DNA of 21,576 bases from Opitutales bacterium (GCA_049598495.1 JBMYNR010000007.1:32260-53835); one strand, 5' to 3'; numbered from the stretch's first letter, positions 8,603 through 18,607 are shown. Made by a program: numbers and translations. The notes: generated from the letters alone by a model not told the origin.

Positions 8603-9169
8603 ATGGGCAGAAATTCCATCCATAAAATTAAGCGGCCACCACGCCACTCAAGTGGGCCAACCATCGTTCATATCGAAAATGAGAACGACCTCTTCGATCT
8701 CATCGAACGCACAAAGAACCCGCTGCTCCTAGTGCTGGAAGGGGTGCAGGACCCGCACAACCTGGGCGCTTGCCTGCGCACAGCGTCAGGCGCCGGGGTC
8801 ACCGCGGTACTCGCCCCGGTCAAAGGCGCCTGCGGCATTACCCCGACCGTCCGCGACATTTCCTGTGGCGGTGCCGATGATGTGCCCTTTCTCAAGATCA
8901 AAAATATCGGTATGCTCCTGCGCAAATTCAACGATATGGATATTCAAATAGTGGGCACCTCGGATCGTGGAACTGACTCGCTTTACGAAATTGATTTCAA
9001 TCAACCGACCGCTGTTGTTCTCGGCAGTGAAGGCTGGGGATTGCGCAAGGTCACGGGCGACCTTTGCGACCATCTTGTCAGTATCCCAATGGCAGGCACA
9101 GTGGATTGCCTCAATGTCTCCGTCTCGGCCGGCGTCTGCCTCTACGAAGCCGTCAGGCAGAGGCTATAA
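8603..9169 (+). CDS. TrmH/SpoU family RNA 2'-O-methyltransferase (RlmB-like catalytic domain)
   Basis: LVLEGVQDPHNLGACLRTA, VLGSEGWGLR and IPMAG.VDCLNVSVSAGVCLYE SPOUT motifs. Only 188 aa. Confidence 0.88.
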   Translation: MGRNSIHKIKRPPRHSSGPTIVHIENENDLFDLIERTKNPLLLVLEGVQDPHNLGACLRTASGAGVTAVLAPVKGACGITPTVRDISCGGADDVPFLKIKNIGMLLRKFNDMDIQIVGTSDRGTDSLYEIDFNQPTAVVLGSEGWGLRKVTGDLCDHLVSIPMAGTVDCLNVSVSAGVCLYEAVRQRL

Positions 9170-9175
9170 ACCCCG

Positions 9176-9211
9176 AAATCCAAAATCGCAATCGATTTCG
9201 ATTTTGGATTT
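9176..9211. repeat. Near-perfect intergenic palindrome built from AAAATC-type units
   Basis: AAATCCAAAATCG (9176-9188) is the perfect reverse complement of CGATTTTGGATTT (9199-9211); the interior AATCGATT is also palindromic. Confidence 0.75.
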
Positions 9212-9222
9212 TCGTCAAACCA

Positions 9223-9630
9223 ATGAATCCCTCTGACTTATCCGTCTTCGTTTACGGCACCCTGAAGCCCGAAGGTCACTACTGGCCGGAATTCTGTGAA
9301 GGCAAGGTCGTGAGCCAACGACCTGCCAAGATTCACGGCGAACTCTACGACCTGCACCTCGGCTATCCGGGCCTCCGCCTTCAGGGAGAGGGTTGGGTAT
9401 CCGGATACATTCTGGAGATGTGCGATCAGGCTGCCTTCGACCGACTCGACGACCTCGAAGACTACCAAGCCGGTCGCGCTGAATCAAAGAATGAATACAT
9501 TCGCTTGAAGGTACCCTGCTTTGATCCGGAGGGGAACCCGATCGGAGACATCTGGACCTATGAGATCACCGAGGCCACCATGGCGCGCGGCAAGGCCACG
9601 TTGATCGAAGACGGCGACTGGCCTGTATAA
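9223..9630 (+). CDS. Gamma-glutamylcyclotransferase (AIG2-like) family protein
   Basis: VFVYGTLK, G.LYDL..GYPGL, V.G, LDDLE.Y and Y.R motifs. Start at ATG 9223. Confidence 0.88.
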   Translation: MNPSDLSVFVYGTLKPEGHYWPEFCEGKVVSQRPAKIHGELYDLHLGYPGLRLQGEGWVSGYILEMCDQAAFDRLDDLEDYQAGRAESKNEYIRLKVPCFDPEGNPIGDIWTYEITEATMARGKATLIEDGDWPV

Positions 9631-9661
9631 AAAAGCCCCGTCGCCGGAAGCGAACGGGGCT
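9629..9661 (-). terminator. Probable intrinsic terminator for the purB-pfp transcript (possibly bidirectional)
   Basis: Stem AGCCCCGT (9634-9641)/ACGGGGCT (9654-9661). The A-run at 9629-9634 gives a U-tract on the minus strand. It lies between convergent genes. Confidence 0.65.
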
Positions 9662-9674
9662 CGTAAAGGCGTGC

Positions 9675-9846
9675 TACCAATTCGCAAAAGGTCTGACCTT
9701 TAAGGTAGGGACGCATGCCCTCATGCGTCCGCTGCGTCCTGCAAGTATCTCGGACGGCTTCCCGCTTCGCAGAAGCTACGCCGGACACGGGAGGGCAGCC
9801 GTCCCTACCTTTGTAACCAGTTCAAACTTTTTGGCAGGCGGTATTA
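9675..9846 (+). mobile_element. 172-bp REPIN/MITE-like element, copy 1
   Basis: Identical by eye to the reverse complement of 17670-17841. Ends TACC...GGTA(TTA) and contains an inverted pair of GTAG REPs (9705-9730 and 9752-9808). Confidence 0.85.
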
Positions 9847-9853
9847 GGAGCGC

Positions 9854-11116
9854 TTACTCGAAGTTATGAGCGCCGAGCTTGCGGTCGACTTTCTCCATCT
9901 TGAGTTTGATGAGGGCGGGGACGCCGTTCTCATAAGGCACTTCGACTTCACCCTGAATGAGGGGTAGCGCATACTTGTAGAAGTTGAAGTTCATACTAAC
10001 TCCATCCTCATTAATCCAGCTCTCAGGAAGCTTCTTCACGCCGTTGGCAATCTCCGAAAGATCGGCGAGGCCGGTTTCGCAACTGTAGCTGTCGCCGTCG
10101 CCACGGAGAAGCGTCACCATCTTGTCGTTCTCGCCGTTGACCGCGGCCTGAACAGCCGCCTGGCCAGCCATGTAGGCTTCGTCGTTATCCGTTTGCGACG
10201 AGCAGTGGACCGCGGCACGTTGCGCCATACCGAGCTTAACGGAGCGCGCCTTCACCTGAAGGCTCTCTTCGGCAAGCGTGCGAAGATATTCACCGGCACC
10301 ACCTAGTTGAGAATGCCCAAAGGCATCGGCGCTTGCGCCATCAGTCGAGACATAGTTGCCGTCGGCATCGACGAGACCCTCACCCACGACCACAACACAG
10401 TATTTTTCCTTCTGCAGGACGTGCTGCACATCGGAAACGAACTTCTCGGGCGAGAAAGCTACTTCAGGAAGGTAGATGAGATGCGGCGCGGCATTGGGCT
10501 CATCGCGGCGTTTGGCAAGCGCAGCCCCGGCGGCAATCCAGCCAGCGCTGCGGCCCATAACCTCGATGATCTGAACGAGGTCGTGCTGCCCCATCGCCTC
10601 ATTGTCGGCAGCAATTTCCTTCACAGTGGTAGCAATATATTTGATGACCGATCCGTAGCCAGGGGTGTGGTCCGTGGTCACAAGATCGTTGTCAATTGTC
10701 TTGGGCACACCAATCACACGAAGCTCATAGCCGCGCTCTTGAGCGAGCTTGCTGATTTTATCGGCAGTATCCTGCGAATCGTTGCCACCTGCGTAAAAGA
10801 AGTAGCGAATATTGTGCGCCTCGAATACTTCGAGCACGCGGTCGAAGTCGGCTTGCTTTTTGAGCTTATAGCGGCAAGTGCCAAGTGCTGCACCCGGTGT
10901 GTAGCGGAGTCCGCGAATGTTTTGCTGGGACTCGGCAGCGAGGTCGATGAGCTGCTCGTTTAGGATACCCAGGATACCGTTAAGACCACCGTAGATCTCT
11001 TCAATACACTCGTGATTGAGCGCTTCTGCAACCACGCCGGAGAGGCTGGCATTGATCACGGACGTTGGGCCGCCGGACTGGGCGACAAGGCAGTTTCCTT
11101 CAAGTTGTTCTGACAT
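9854..11116 (-). CDS. pfp: 6-phosphofructokinase family, probably pyrophosphate-dependent
   Basis: QSGGPTSVINAS, LGTCRYK, GGNDS (Asp at the PPi-specificity position), PKTIDND, EVMGRSAGW and DAFGH.QLGG. Start at ATG 11116 (MSEQLEG). Confidence 0.88.
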   Translation of the reverse strand: MSEQLEGNCLVAQSGGPTSVINASLSGVVAEALNHECIEEIYGGLNGILGILNEQLIDLAAESQQNIRGLRYTPGAALGTCRYKLKKQADFDRVLEVFEAHNIRYFFYAGGNDSQDTADKISKLAQERGYELRVIGVPKTIDNDLVTTDHTPGYGSVIKYIATTVKEIAADNEAMGQHDLVQIIEVMGRSAGWIAAGAALAKRRDEPNAAPHLIYLPEVAFSPEKFVSDVQHVLQKEKYCVVVVGEGLVDADGNYVSTDGASADAFGHSQLGGAGEYLRTLAEESLQVKARSVKLGMAQRAAVHCSSQTDNDEAYMAGQAAVQAAVNGENDKMVTLLRGDGDSYSCETGLADLSEIANGVKKLPESWINEDGVSMNFNFYKYALPLIQGEVEVPYENGVPALIKLKMEKVDRKLGAHNFE

Positions 11117-11179
11117 ATTGACTGGGTGTTTAAAGTTAAAGTGTTTTGTGTGTATGTGGGCTGTTTCCGAACGCAATAC

Positions 11180-12604
<1,425 letters not shown>

Positions 12605-12694
12605 GGCTGTTTGATTTTGGGAAAACGCATCAAAGTACAAATATGGAGCCCCCATGCGACTAAAAAACAGGCTGGGTAGCCAATTTTCACGGCC

Positions 12695-13294
12695 TTAGAG
12701 CACGTAACCCTGGGCCAGCTTGACAAAGAAGACCCCGAGATTACTCGCAGCATGCGCCAGCATGCAGGGGAAGATTGAGCGATTCGGATTCCACGGACCA
12801 AAACGCACGGCGTAGAACCAGAGAGAATTCGCAAAGAGTATTCCCGTGGAAAAGAGTGACTTAGCGGTAAAGTCCCATTCAAAGCCATCTGTAACTGTCC
12901 AAAGGTGGGCATGGAGGACGGCAAAGATAAGCGAAAAGCCGACGCAACTGCCCATCAACCAGGCGCGGCCCTTGTTTTCGACCACAAGAAAGCCCCGGAA
13001 GATTATTTCCTCGACCACCCCTGCCGCGATACCGGCAAAGACGAAGAACCAGACCATCTCGCTTTGCTCATCGACCACATCAAGCGCGATTTCGCCGCCC
13101 GTCTCCAGGGCCAGCAATACCAAGGCCCCGAGCGTGCCGATGACAAACGCCCGCAGTGAGGCAGCGACCGCACCGGGAAGGGCGGATGTATTCGGCTGGC
13201 CCACCTTTGCCGCGAGATAATCCCCCCAATACATCTTGCCGACGTAGATCGCCACACCGACATAGAGGACGATCACTAGAGGGTTTTCATTCAT
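12695..13294 (-). CDS. CPBP (CAAX/Abi) family intramembrane glutamic endopeptidase
   Basis: Several hydrophobic helices with EEIIFRG, F...H and H...N (AHAASN) motifs. Start at ATG 13294. Confidence 0.85.
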   Translation of the reverse strand: MNENPLVIVLYVGVAIYVGKMYWGDYLAAKVGQPNTSALPGAVAASLRAFVIGTLGALVLLALETGGEIALDVVDEQSEMVWFFVFAGIAAGVVEEIIFRGFLVVENKGRAWLMGSCVGFSLIFAVLHAHLWTVTDGFEWDFTAKSLFSTGILFANSLWFYAVRFGPWNPNRSIFPCMLAHAASNLGVFFVKLAQGYVL

Positions 13295-13296
13295 GA

Positions 13297-13380
13297 TTGA
13301 TTGCGGATGAATAATGGAGAGGACGGATCCGATGCACAGCATGACTTAATTATCCGCCATCATTCATCACACATCCGTCA
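13297..13380. repeat. Inverted pair of degenerate heptamer tracts
   Basis: TCCGCCA TCATTCA TCACACA TCCGTCA (13353-13380) faces an opposite-strand tract at about 13297-13327. GATGAATAATGG pairs with CCATCATTCATC with one mismatch. Confidence 0.5.
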
Positions 13381-13385
13381 TCTGG

Positions 13386-13757
<372 letters not shown>

Positions 13758-14043
13758 GTGCCGATTCGTAGAACCGACCGAGAGGACAAGCAAGCGGATT
13801 CACGCGCACGAAAAAACTTTAAGCAGCTGCCTACCAGGCCAACAAGTTCGAACAATTTCAACTTAACCCTTGCTCAGGAAAATCCTGTTCTCTACCCATA
13901 TCCTCGCTGACTGACGTGTCGCTGCGGCAGGCGCTCAGAGCCGCCCTTCCAGCACCGCCGATCAGCCAAAATACCAATGCCCCTTCGACCCGCTATGACT
14001 GTTCTAGCGCCCGGGGCCTCCAACACACCAACATACACAGCCC

Positions 14044-14718
14044 ATGCCAGAATTCGAAGAAGAACAAGTCGGCCCAACGCAGAGCGAGAGCTACACACCC
14101 AGCACGGATGCCTCCAAAAGGCCCCGCACCCGCCGCCGAAGCGGTGGTTTCAAAACGGAAGTTGCCGGTTTAACGAACACGAACATTGGCGAAGTGAGCG
14201 CCACCGAGGCGCTTAAGGAAGAGAAATTGACTGGCAGCGCCTCCGCCGAGGAAGAACCCGAAACCGAGCACAAGAAACGCAGCGATAAAGCCCCGCGCCA
14301 AGCTCGAGAGCCCAAGGAGTCACGCCGCGATGCCAACCCACAGCCAAGCCCTGAAACTCTAGCCGCGATTGCCAGTGTAGAAATCAAGATCGCAGAGCGC
14401 CGCAACGAGCGGGAAGCCCGTCGCGCCGAGCGGGAAAAGAATAAGCCGGCAAAAAAGGAGCGTGCGTCACAAAACGCCAAGCATGGGAGGAAGCCGGCAG
14501 CAAAGAAGAAGGGGCTCCTCGCCTCTATCTTGAGCATTTTCGGCCTCGGTCCCAAGGAAGCTCCCTCGAAGAAAAAGGGGAGACAGAATCGCGGCCGCGG
14601 CGGACGCCCCAAAGGGAAGGGGGGCAACCGAGGTGGCCAGAATCGGGGTCGCGGAGGCCAGGGCCGCAAGCGCGGAGGCAAAGGCCCCCGCAGCACCAAC
14701 CAAAACATCGCCTCCTAA
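14044..14718 (+). CDS. Hypothetical low-complexity, highly charged protein with Arg/Gly-rich C-terminus
   Basis: 224-aa ORF ending 9 nt before murA on the same strand. It has E/K/R-rich segments, one amphipathic stretch (GLLASILSIFGL) and an RGG-rich tail. Confidence 0.75.
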   Translation: MPEFEEEQVGPTQSESYTPSTDASKRPRTRRRSGGFKTEVAGLTNTNIGEVSATEALKEEKLTGSASAEEEPETEHKKRSDKAPRQAREPKESRRDANPQPSPETLAAIASVEIKIAERRNEREARRAEREKNKPAKKERASQNAKHGRKPAAKKKGLLASILSIFGLGPKEAPSKKKGRQNRGRGGRPKGKGGNRGGQNRGRGGQGRKRGGKGPRSTNQNIAS

Positions 14719-14727
14719 ATACACTCG

Positions 14728-16035
14728 ATGGATGTTTTTAAGGTCAGCGGAAACGGGCCACTCAATGGACGAATCGATGTCGGCGGCGCGAAAAACGCAG
14801 CTCTCCCGATTCTTGCTGCGGCCTTGCTGACGGAAGAAACCGTCACTCTGCACAATGTCCCTGACCTGAGCGATATGCGCTTTATGGTCGACATCCTACG
14901 ACATGTCGGCGCGCAGACGATTCAACCCGAACCGGGCACTTGGGAGATCACGGCCAAGGACATCACCCACATCGCACCCTACGAACTGGTGCGTAAGATG
15001 CGTGCGTCCGTCTGCCTGCTGGGCCCTCTGGTTGCCCGGATGCGCATGGCGGAAGTCTCCATTCCGGGCGGCTGCGTCATTGGACCCCGTCCTATCGACC
15101 TACACATTAAGGGGCTTAAGAAACTCAACTGCGAGGTCAGCGTAGCAAACGGCTACGTCCATGTCGACGCTTCAGCGATCAAGGGTGGCCCGATCTTTCT
15201 CGGTGGCCGCAGCGGCAGCACGGTCACCGGCACAGCCAATATTGTCATGGCCGCAACACTGGCCCCAGGAGTCACCCGCCTCGAGTGCGCCGCCTGCGAA
15301 CCCGAAGTGGTGGACCTCTGCCGCCTACTTGTAAAGATGGGCGCAAAAATTGAAGGTATCGGAAGCCCGGAGTTGACCATTACCGGAGTCGAAAAACTTC
15401 ACGGCTGCGAGCACCGTGTGATCGCTGACCGGATCGAGGCAGGCACCTTCGTCATAGCCGGCGCGATTACCCGCGGCGACGTCACCGTCCAGGGCATCGC
15501 TCCAAATCTTCTTGGAGCCTTTCTCGATAAGCTTGAAGAAGCCGGGCTACCCATGGACCTGGGCGAAAACTATATCCGCGTGCTGCCCTACGAGGGCTCA
15601 CTCAAACCCGTCGACGTCATTACCCTCCCCCACCCGGGATACCCAACCGATCTGCAGGCACAACTATGCGCGCTGATGACACAGACAGAGGGCCTCTCGA
15701 TCATCACCGAGCGCATCTACCCAAATCGCTTCATGCACGTGCCCGAGCTTCAACGCATGGGAGCTGATATTTCCATCGAAGGCCCCAGTGCCATTATCAA
15801 AGGGGCCAGTAAACTCTCAGGCGCACCCGTGATGGCTTCGGATCTCCGCGCCTCTGCTGCACTGATTCTCGCGGCGTTTGCGGCCGAGGGCGATACTTGG
15901 ATCCAACGGATCTACCATCTCGACCGAGGCTATGAACGCTTTGAACAGAAGCTCTCCGCGATCGGCGCAAAAATCGAGCGCCTGAAGGATAGTGAAATGC
16001 CTAAAGAGCTACTCCAGGAGCCGTTGACTCACTAA
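14728..16035 (+). CDS. murA: UDP-N-acetylglucosamine 1-carboxyvinyltransferase
   Basis: GAKNAALPILAA, KMRAS, PGGCVIGPRPIDLH (active-site Cys present), DRIEAGT, PGYPTDLQAQ, SDLRASAAL and HLDRGYE. Confidence 0.97.
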   Translation: MDVFKVSGNGPLNGRIDVGGAKNAALPILAAALLTEETVTLHNVPDLSDMRFMVDILRHVGAQTIQPEPGTWEITAKDITHIAPYELVRKMRASVCLLGPLVARMRMAEVSIPGGCVIGPRPIDLHIKGLKKLNCEVSVANGYVHVDASAIKGGPIFLGGRSGSTVTGTANIVMAATLAPGVTRLECAACEPEVVDLCRLLVKMGAKIEGIGSPELTITGVEKLHGCEHRVIADRIEAGTFVIAGAITRGDVTVQGIAPNLLGAFLDKLEEAGLPMDLGENYIRVLPYEGSLKPVDVITLPHPGYPTDLQAQLCALMTQTEGLSIITERIYPNRFMHVPELQRMGADISIEGPSAIIKGASKLSGAPVMASDLRASAALILAAFAAEGDTWIQRIYHLDRGYERFEQKLSAIGAKIERLKDSEMPKELLQEPLTH

Positions 16036-16108
16036 AAAATCGTTCGTTTGCATGCATTCGATTCGCCTTTTGCAGCAACCTGTGATTAGCTCATAGAGGA
16101 GGTAAGCG

Positions 16109-16561
16109 ATGTTCCCGGCTCCACTTATCAAATTCTGTCATGGCCTTCTCAATGAAGGCGCCGCGCGCCTTGATATGCCGGTCGGTATCGTCAGCCGCGT
16201 GTATAACGACCTTTACCAAGTTGTCGCGATCAACTCCGCCTCGGGGCCCCTTGTCGAGGGGGCCTGCTTCCCGATTCAAGCGACCTACTGCCGCGATGTC
16301 ATCAAGTCAGGCAAGACACTCGCGATCACTGAAATCGACGGCACGCCGGGCATGCGACGCCACCCACTCTATGTGAAAATGCCGCTCGAAGCTTACATCA
16401 GTACGCCCGTTTTTCATGATGGTGAACCTTGGGGAACTGTTAACTTTACTTCGATCAAGATCCGTGCCCCATTCAGTCCGGAAGAGATCGGACTGGTCGA
16501 AGGCTATGCCGCCAAGATTGCGGAGAAGCTCGGGGAAATGGATCACAGTCCAATCCTCTGA
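16109..16561 (+). CDS. Stand-alone GAF domain protein
   Basis: GAGGAGG RBS upstream. The pattern L.M..GIVSRV, TYC, HPLY....LEAYISTPV..DGE.WGTVNF and FS.EE is typical of GAF domains. Confidence 0.8.
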   Translation: MFPAPLIKFCHGLLNEGAARLDMPVGIVSRVYNDLYQVVAINSASGPLVEGACFPIQATYCRDVIKSGKTLAITEIDGTPGMRRHPLYVKMPLEAYISTPVFHDGEPWGTVNFTSIKIRAPFSPEEIGLVEGYAAKIAEKLGEMDHSPIL

Positions 16562-16634
16562 TCAAAAAGATCCCGACCGCCAATTTTCCAACTTACCGTT
16601 TGCCACAACGTAGTAGAGAGCTTCCTATCTAACT

Positions 16635-17480
16635 ATGGACTATTCCAAATACCACGCACTCGGGAATGACTATCTTGTCCTCGACCCGAAAGATGGAGAA
16701 CTACCAGAGAAAGACGCCATCGTTCGCGTTTGCCACCGAAACTTCGGCCTAGGATCCGACGGCATCCTTTACGGTCCGCTGCAGACAGACAAGGCCGACT
16801 TCGGTCTTCGGATTATGAATCCGGACGGCAGTGAGGCTGAGAAGAGCGGCAACGGCCTGCGCATCTTCGCGCGCTATCTCTACGACATCGGCGCGGTGAA
16901 GAACGATGCCTTCACAGTAGATACCCTTGGTGGCATCGTAAGCTGCCAAATATCGGAAGGGGCTGAATCCATCACGGTCGATATGGGCAAGGTCAAATTC
17001 GGGATGCCGGGCTCTCATAATGACCCGGAACCGTCCAACCACAATCCGGGCCAATCACTAAGCTTCAACGGCAAGACACAAACGGTCCACATTGCCGACA
17101 TCGGGAACCCCCATTGCGTGGTGGTTCAAGACGAGATCAGCGAAGCGCAAGCCCACGCCGACGGGCCGGCCATTGAGGCCCACGAACAATTCCCCAACCG
17201 AACCAACGTGCAGTTCCTCAAGGTCATTGACCGCAACAACATTCAGATCGAAATCTGGGAACGCGGTGCTGGCTACACGCTCGCCTCAGGCTCCAGTAGC
17301 AGCGCCTCCGCCGCCGTCGCACATCGTATTGGCCTCTGTGATGAGGACATCACCGTACACATGCCCGGCGGAACCATCGCCATTCACATTGGTGACGACT
17401 ATGCCGTTCGTATGACAGGGCCCGCCACACGCGTGGCCAGCATGGAATTCGACGACGAGGCCTACGGTTTCAAGGTGTAA
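16635..17480 (+). CDS. dapF: Diaminopimelate epimerase (DapF)-like protein with Ser at both catalytic positions
   Basis: KYHALGNDY, R.FGLGSDG, NPDGSEAEKSGNGLR, VDMG, GNPHCV, FP.RTNVQF, WERGAGYTLASGS and V.MPGG motifs. Confidence 0.82.
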   Translation: MDYSKYHALGNDYLVLDPKDGELPEKDAIVRVCHRNFGLGSDGILYGPLQTDKADFGLRIMNPDGSEAEKSGNGLRIFARYLYDIGAVKNDAFTVDTLGGIVSCQISEGAESITVDMGKVKFGMPGSHNDPEPSNHNPGQSLSFNGKTQTVHIADIGNPHCVVVQDEISEAQAHADGPAIEAHEQFPNRTNVQFLKVIDRNNIQIEIWERGAGYTLASGSSSSASAAVAHRIGLCDEDITVHMPGGTIAIHIGDDYAVRMTGPATRVASMEFDDEAYGFKV

Positions 17481-17629
17481 TACCATCTGCCATAAAGCCG
17501 GATCTGCTTGCAAAGACAGGGACGGACGCCCTAAAGGGCGCACTCCAACCCTCAGGACGCGCGGGGTCTTCATCCAGCTGGATGCTGGATAACCTGCAAG
17601 CATCGAGAAATACCTTTTTCGAAACGGTA
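17481..17629. mobile_element. 149-bp MITE-like unit (TACC...GGTA) flanked by TAA direct repeats
   Basis: TAA(17478-80) TACCATCTGCCATAAAG ... CTTTTTCGAAACGGTA TAA(17630-32). The left end resembles TACCGCCTGCCAAAAAG of the 172-bp element. It carries the 25-bp palindromic repeat at 17525-17549. Confidence 0.55.
17525..17549 (-). repeat. 25-bp REP-like palindrome, copy A
   Basis: GACGCCCTAAAGGGCGCACTCCAAC is the exact reverse complement of 21436-21460. Confidence 0.8.
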
Positions 17630-17669
17630 TAAAACCTACTCAGTGGATCAGATCTTTTTTGAAGTGGTA

Positions 17670-17841
17670 TAATACCGCCTGCCAAAAAGTTTGAACTGGT
17701 TACAAAGGTAGGGACGGCTGCCCTCCCGTGTCCGGCGTAGCTTCTGCGAAGCGGGAAGCCGTCCGAGATACTTGCAGGACGCAGCGGACGCATGAGGGCA
17801 TGCGTCCCTACCTTAAAGGTCAGACCTTTTGCGAATTGGTA
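17670..17841 (-). mobile_element. 172-bp REPIN/MITE-like element, copy 2
   Basis: Reverse complement of 9675-9846. The core 17673-17841 is flanked by TAA on both sides (17670-72 and 17842-44). Confidence 0.85.
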
Positions 17842-17860
17842 TAAGGGGAATACACAACCC

Positions 17861-17941
17861 TTAGGGCTCGAGCTTGCTCGACGCCGTAAACCTTCCCGAC
17901 ACCTCGCTTCATCGGCGGCATGCAGCAAACTGAAGCCCTAC
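17861..17941. repeat. Degenerate inverted REP doublet (GTAGGGCT-type)
   Basis: TTAGGGCTCGAGCTTGCTCGACGCC (17861-17885, +) versus GTAGGGCTTCAGTTTGCTGCATGCC (17917-17941, -): 18/25 identical, in inverted orientation. Confidence 0.55.
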
Positions 17942-17958
17942 GAAACAGGCGAACACGC

Positions 17959-18603
17959 CTACACGCGCACCATTTCCACGAGCTCTTTGAGAGAGTGCGC
18001 CACGGGCATCCCCGTGGCCGCCAGACGCTCCGGCGTGTGGTGCCCGTGTGCCAGGAGTATGCAGCCGGCGCCAATCGCTTCGGCGACTTCAAGGTCATGC
18101 AGCGTATCACCGATCATGACCACCTCCTCCGGCTTCCAGTGAAGTTGCTCAATCCAATCCTTCCCCCGGGCTACTTTGCCTTCGGCATAAATGTTATCCG
18201 CGCCCACTAGCCCAGTGAAGTGGGCCCGAATACCGTAGTGCCCGATGCCGGACTCCAAGGCCTCCTGTTTCGCAGCCGACAGCACCGAATGCGATATGCC
18301 GAGCTCAGACATCGCAGAGAGCACGTCGTGCGTATCCGGATGCAGAATACACTCATCCAACCAACGGGCCTCGTAGTCACCAATAAACTCGCGACTCACC
18401 CTTTCAAAGCTATCTACGTCTGTATCGAAGCCGAGATATTCATAAAAGTGTATGACAGGAAAACCGAAGTTCTCGCGATAATCCTTATAACTGATTGGGC
18501 CGCGGCCACGTCGTGCGAGCAAGCCATTAAGCACCTCCACGCACAACCAGGTATCATCGAGTAACGTTCCGTTCCAATCCCAAATCGCGTGTTTATAGGG
18601 CAT
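17959..18603 (-). CDS. HAD superfamily hydrolase (phosphoglycolate phosphatase-like)
   Basis: Motif I WDWNGTLLD, VLSA, GK and MIGDT.HD.EVA motifs. Confidence 0.9.
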   Translation of the reverse strand: MPYKHAIWDWNGTLLDDTWLCVEVLNGLLARRGRGPISYKDYRENFGFPVIHFYEYLGFDTDVDSFERVSREFIGDYEARWLDECILHPDTHDVLSAMSELGISHSVLSAAKQEALESGIGHYGIRAHFTGLVGADNIYAEGKVARGKDWIEQLHWKPEEVVMIGDTLHDLEVAEAIGAGCILLAHGHHTPERLAATGMPVAHSLKELVEMVRV

Positions 18604-18607
18604 AATT

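Noticed and set aside
14091..14708. 205-aa antisense ORF
   Set aside because: Mirror of the low-complexity plus-strand gene, which fits the operon orientation with murA.
15061..15100. Fosfomycin-resistant MurA variant
   Set aside because: The active-site Cys is retained (PGGCVIG), so this is an ordinary MurA.
17470..17928. 152-aa ORF (also the 9558..9788 ORF)
   Set aside because: Both run through the repeat elements and show no protein-family features; likely spurious.
17478..17958. CRISPR array in the repeat-rich dapF-HAD interval
   Set aside because: There are no identical direct repeats with regular spacers and no cas genes. The repeats are inverted or palindromic REP/MITE-like units.
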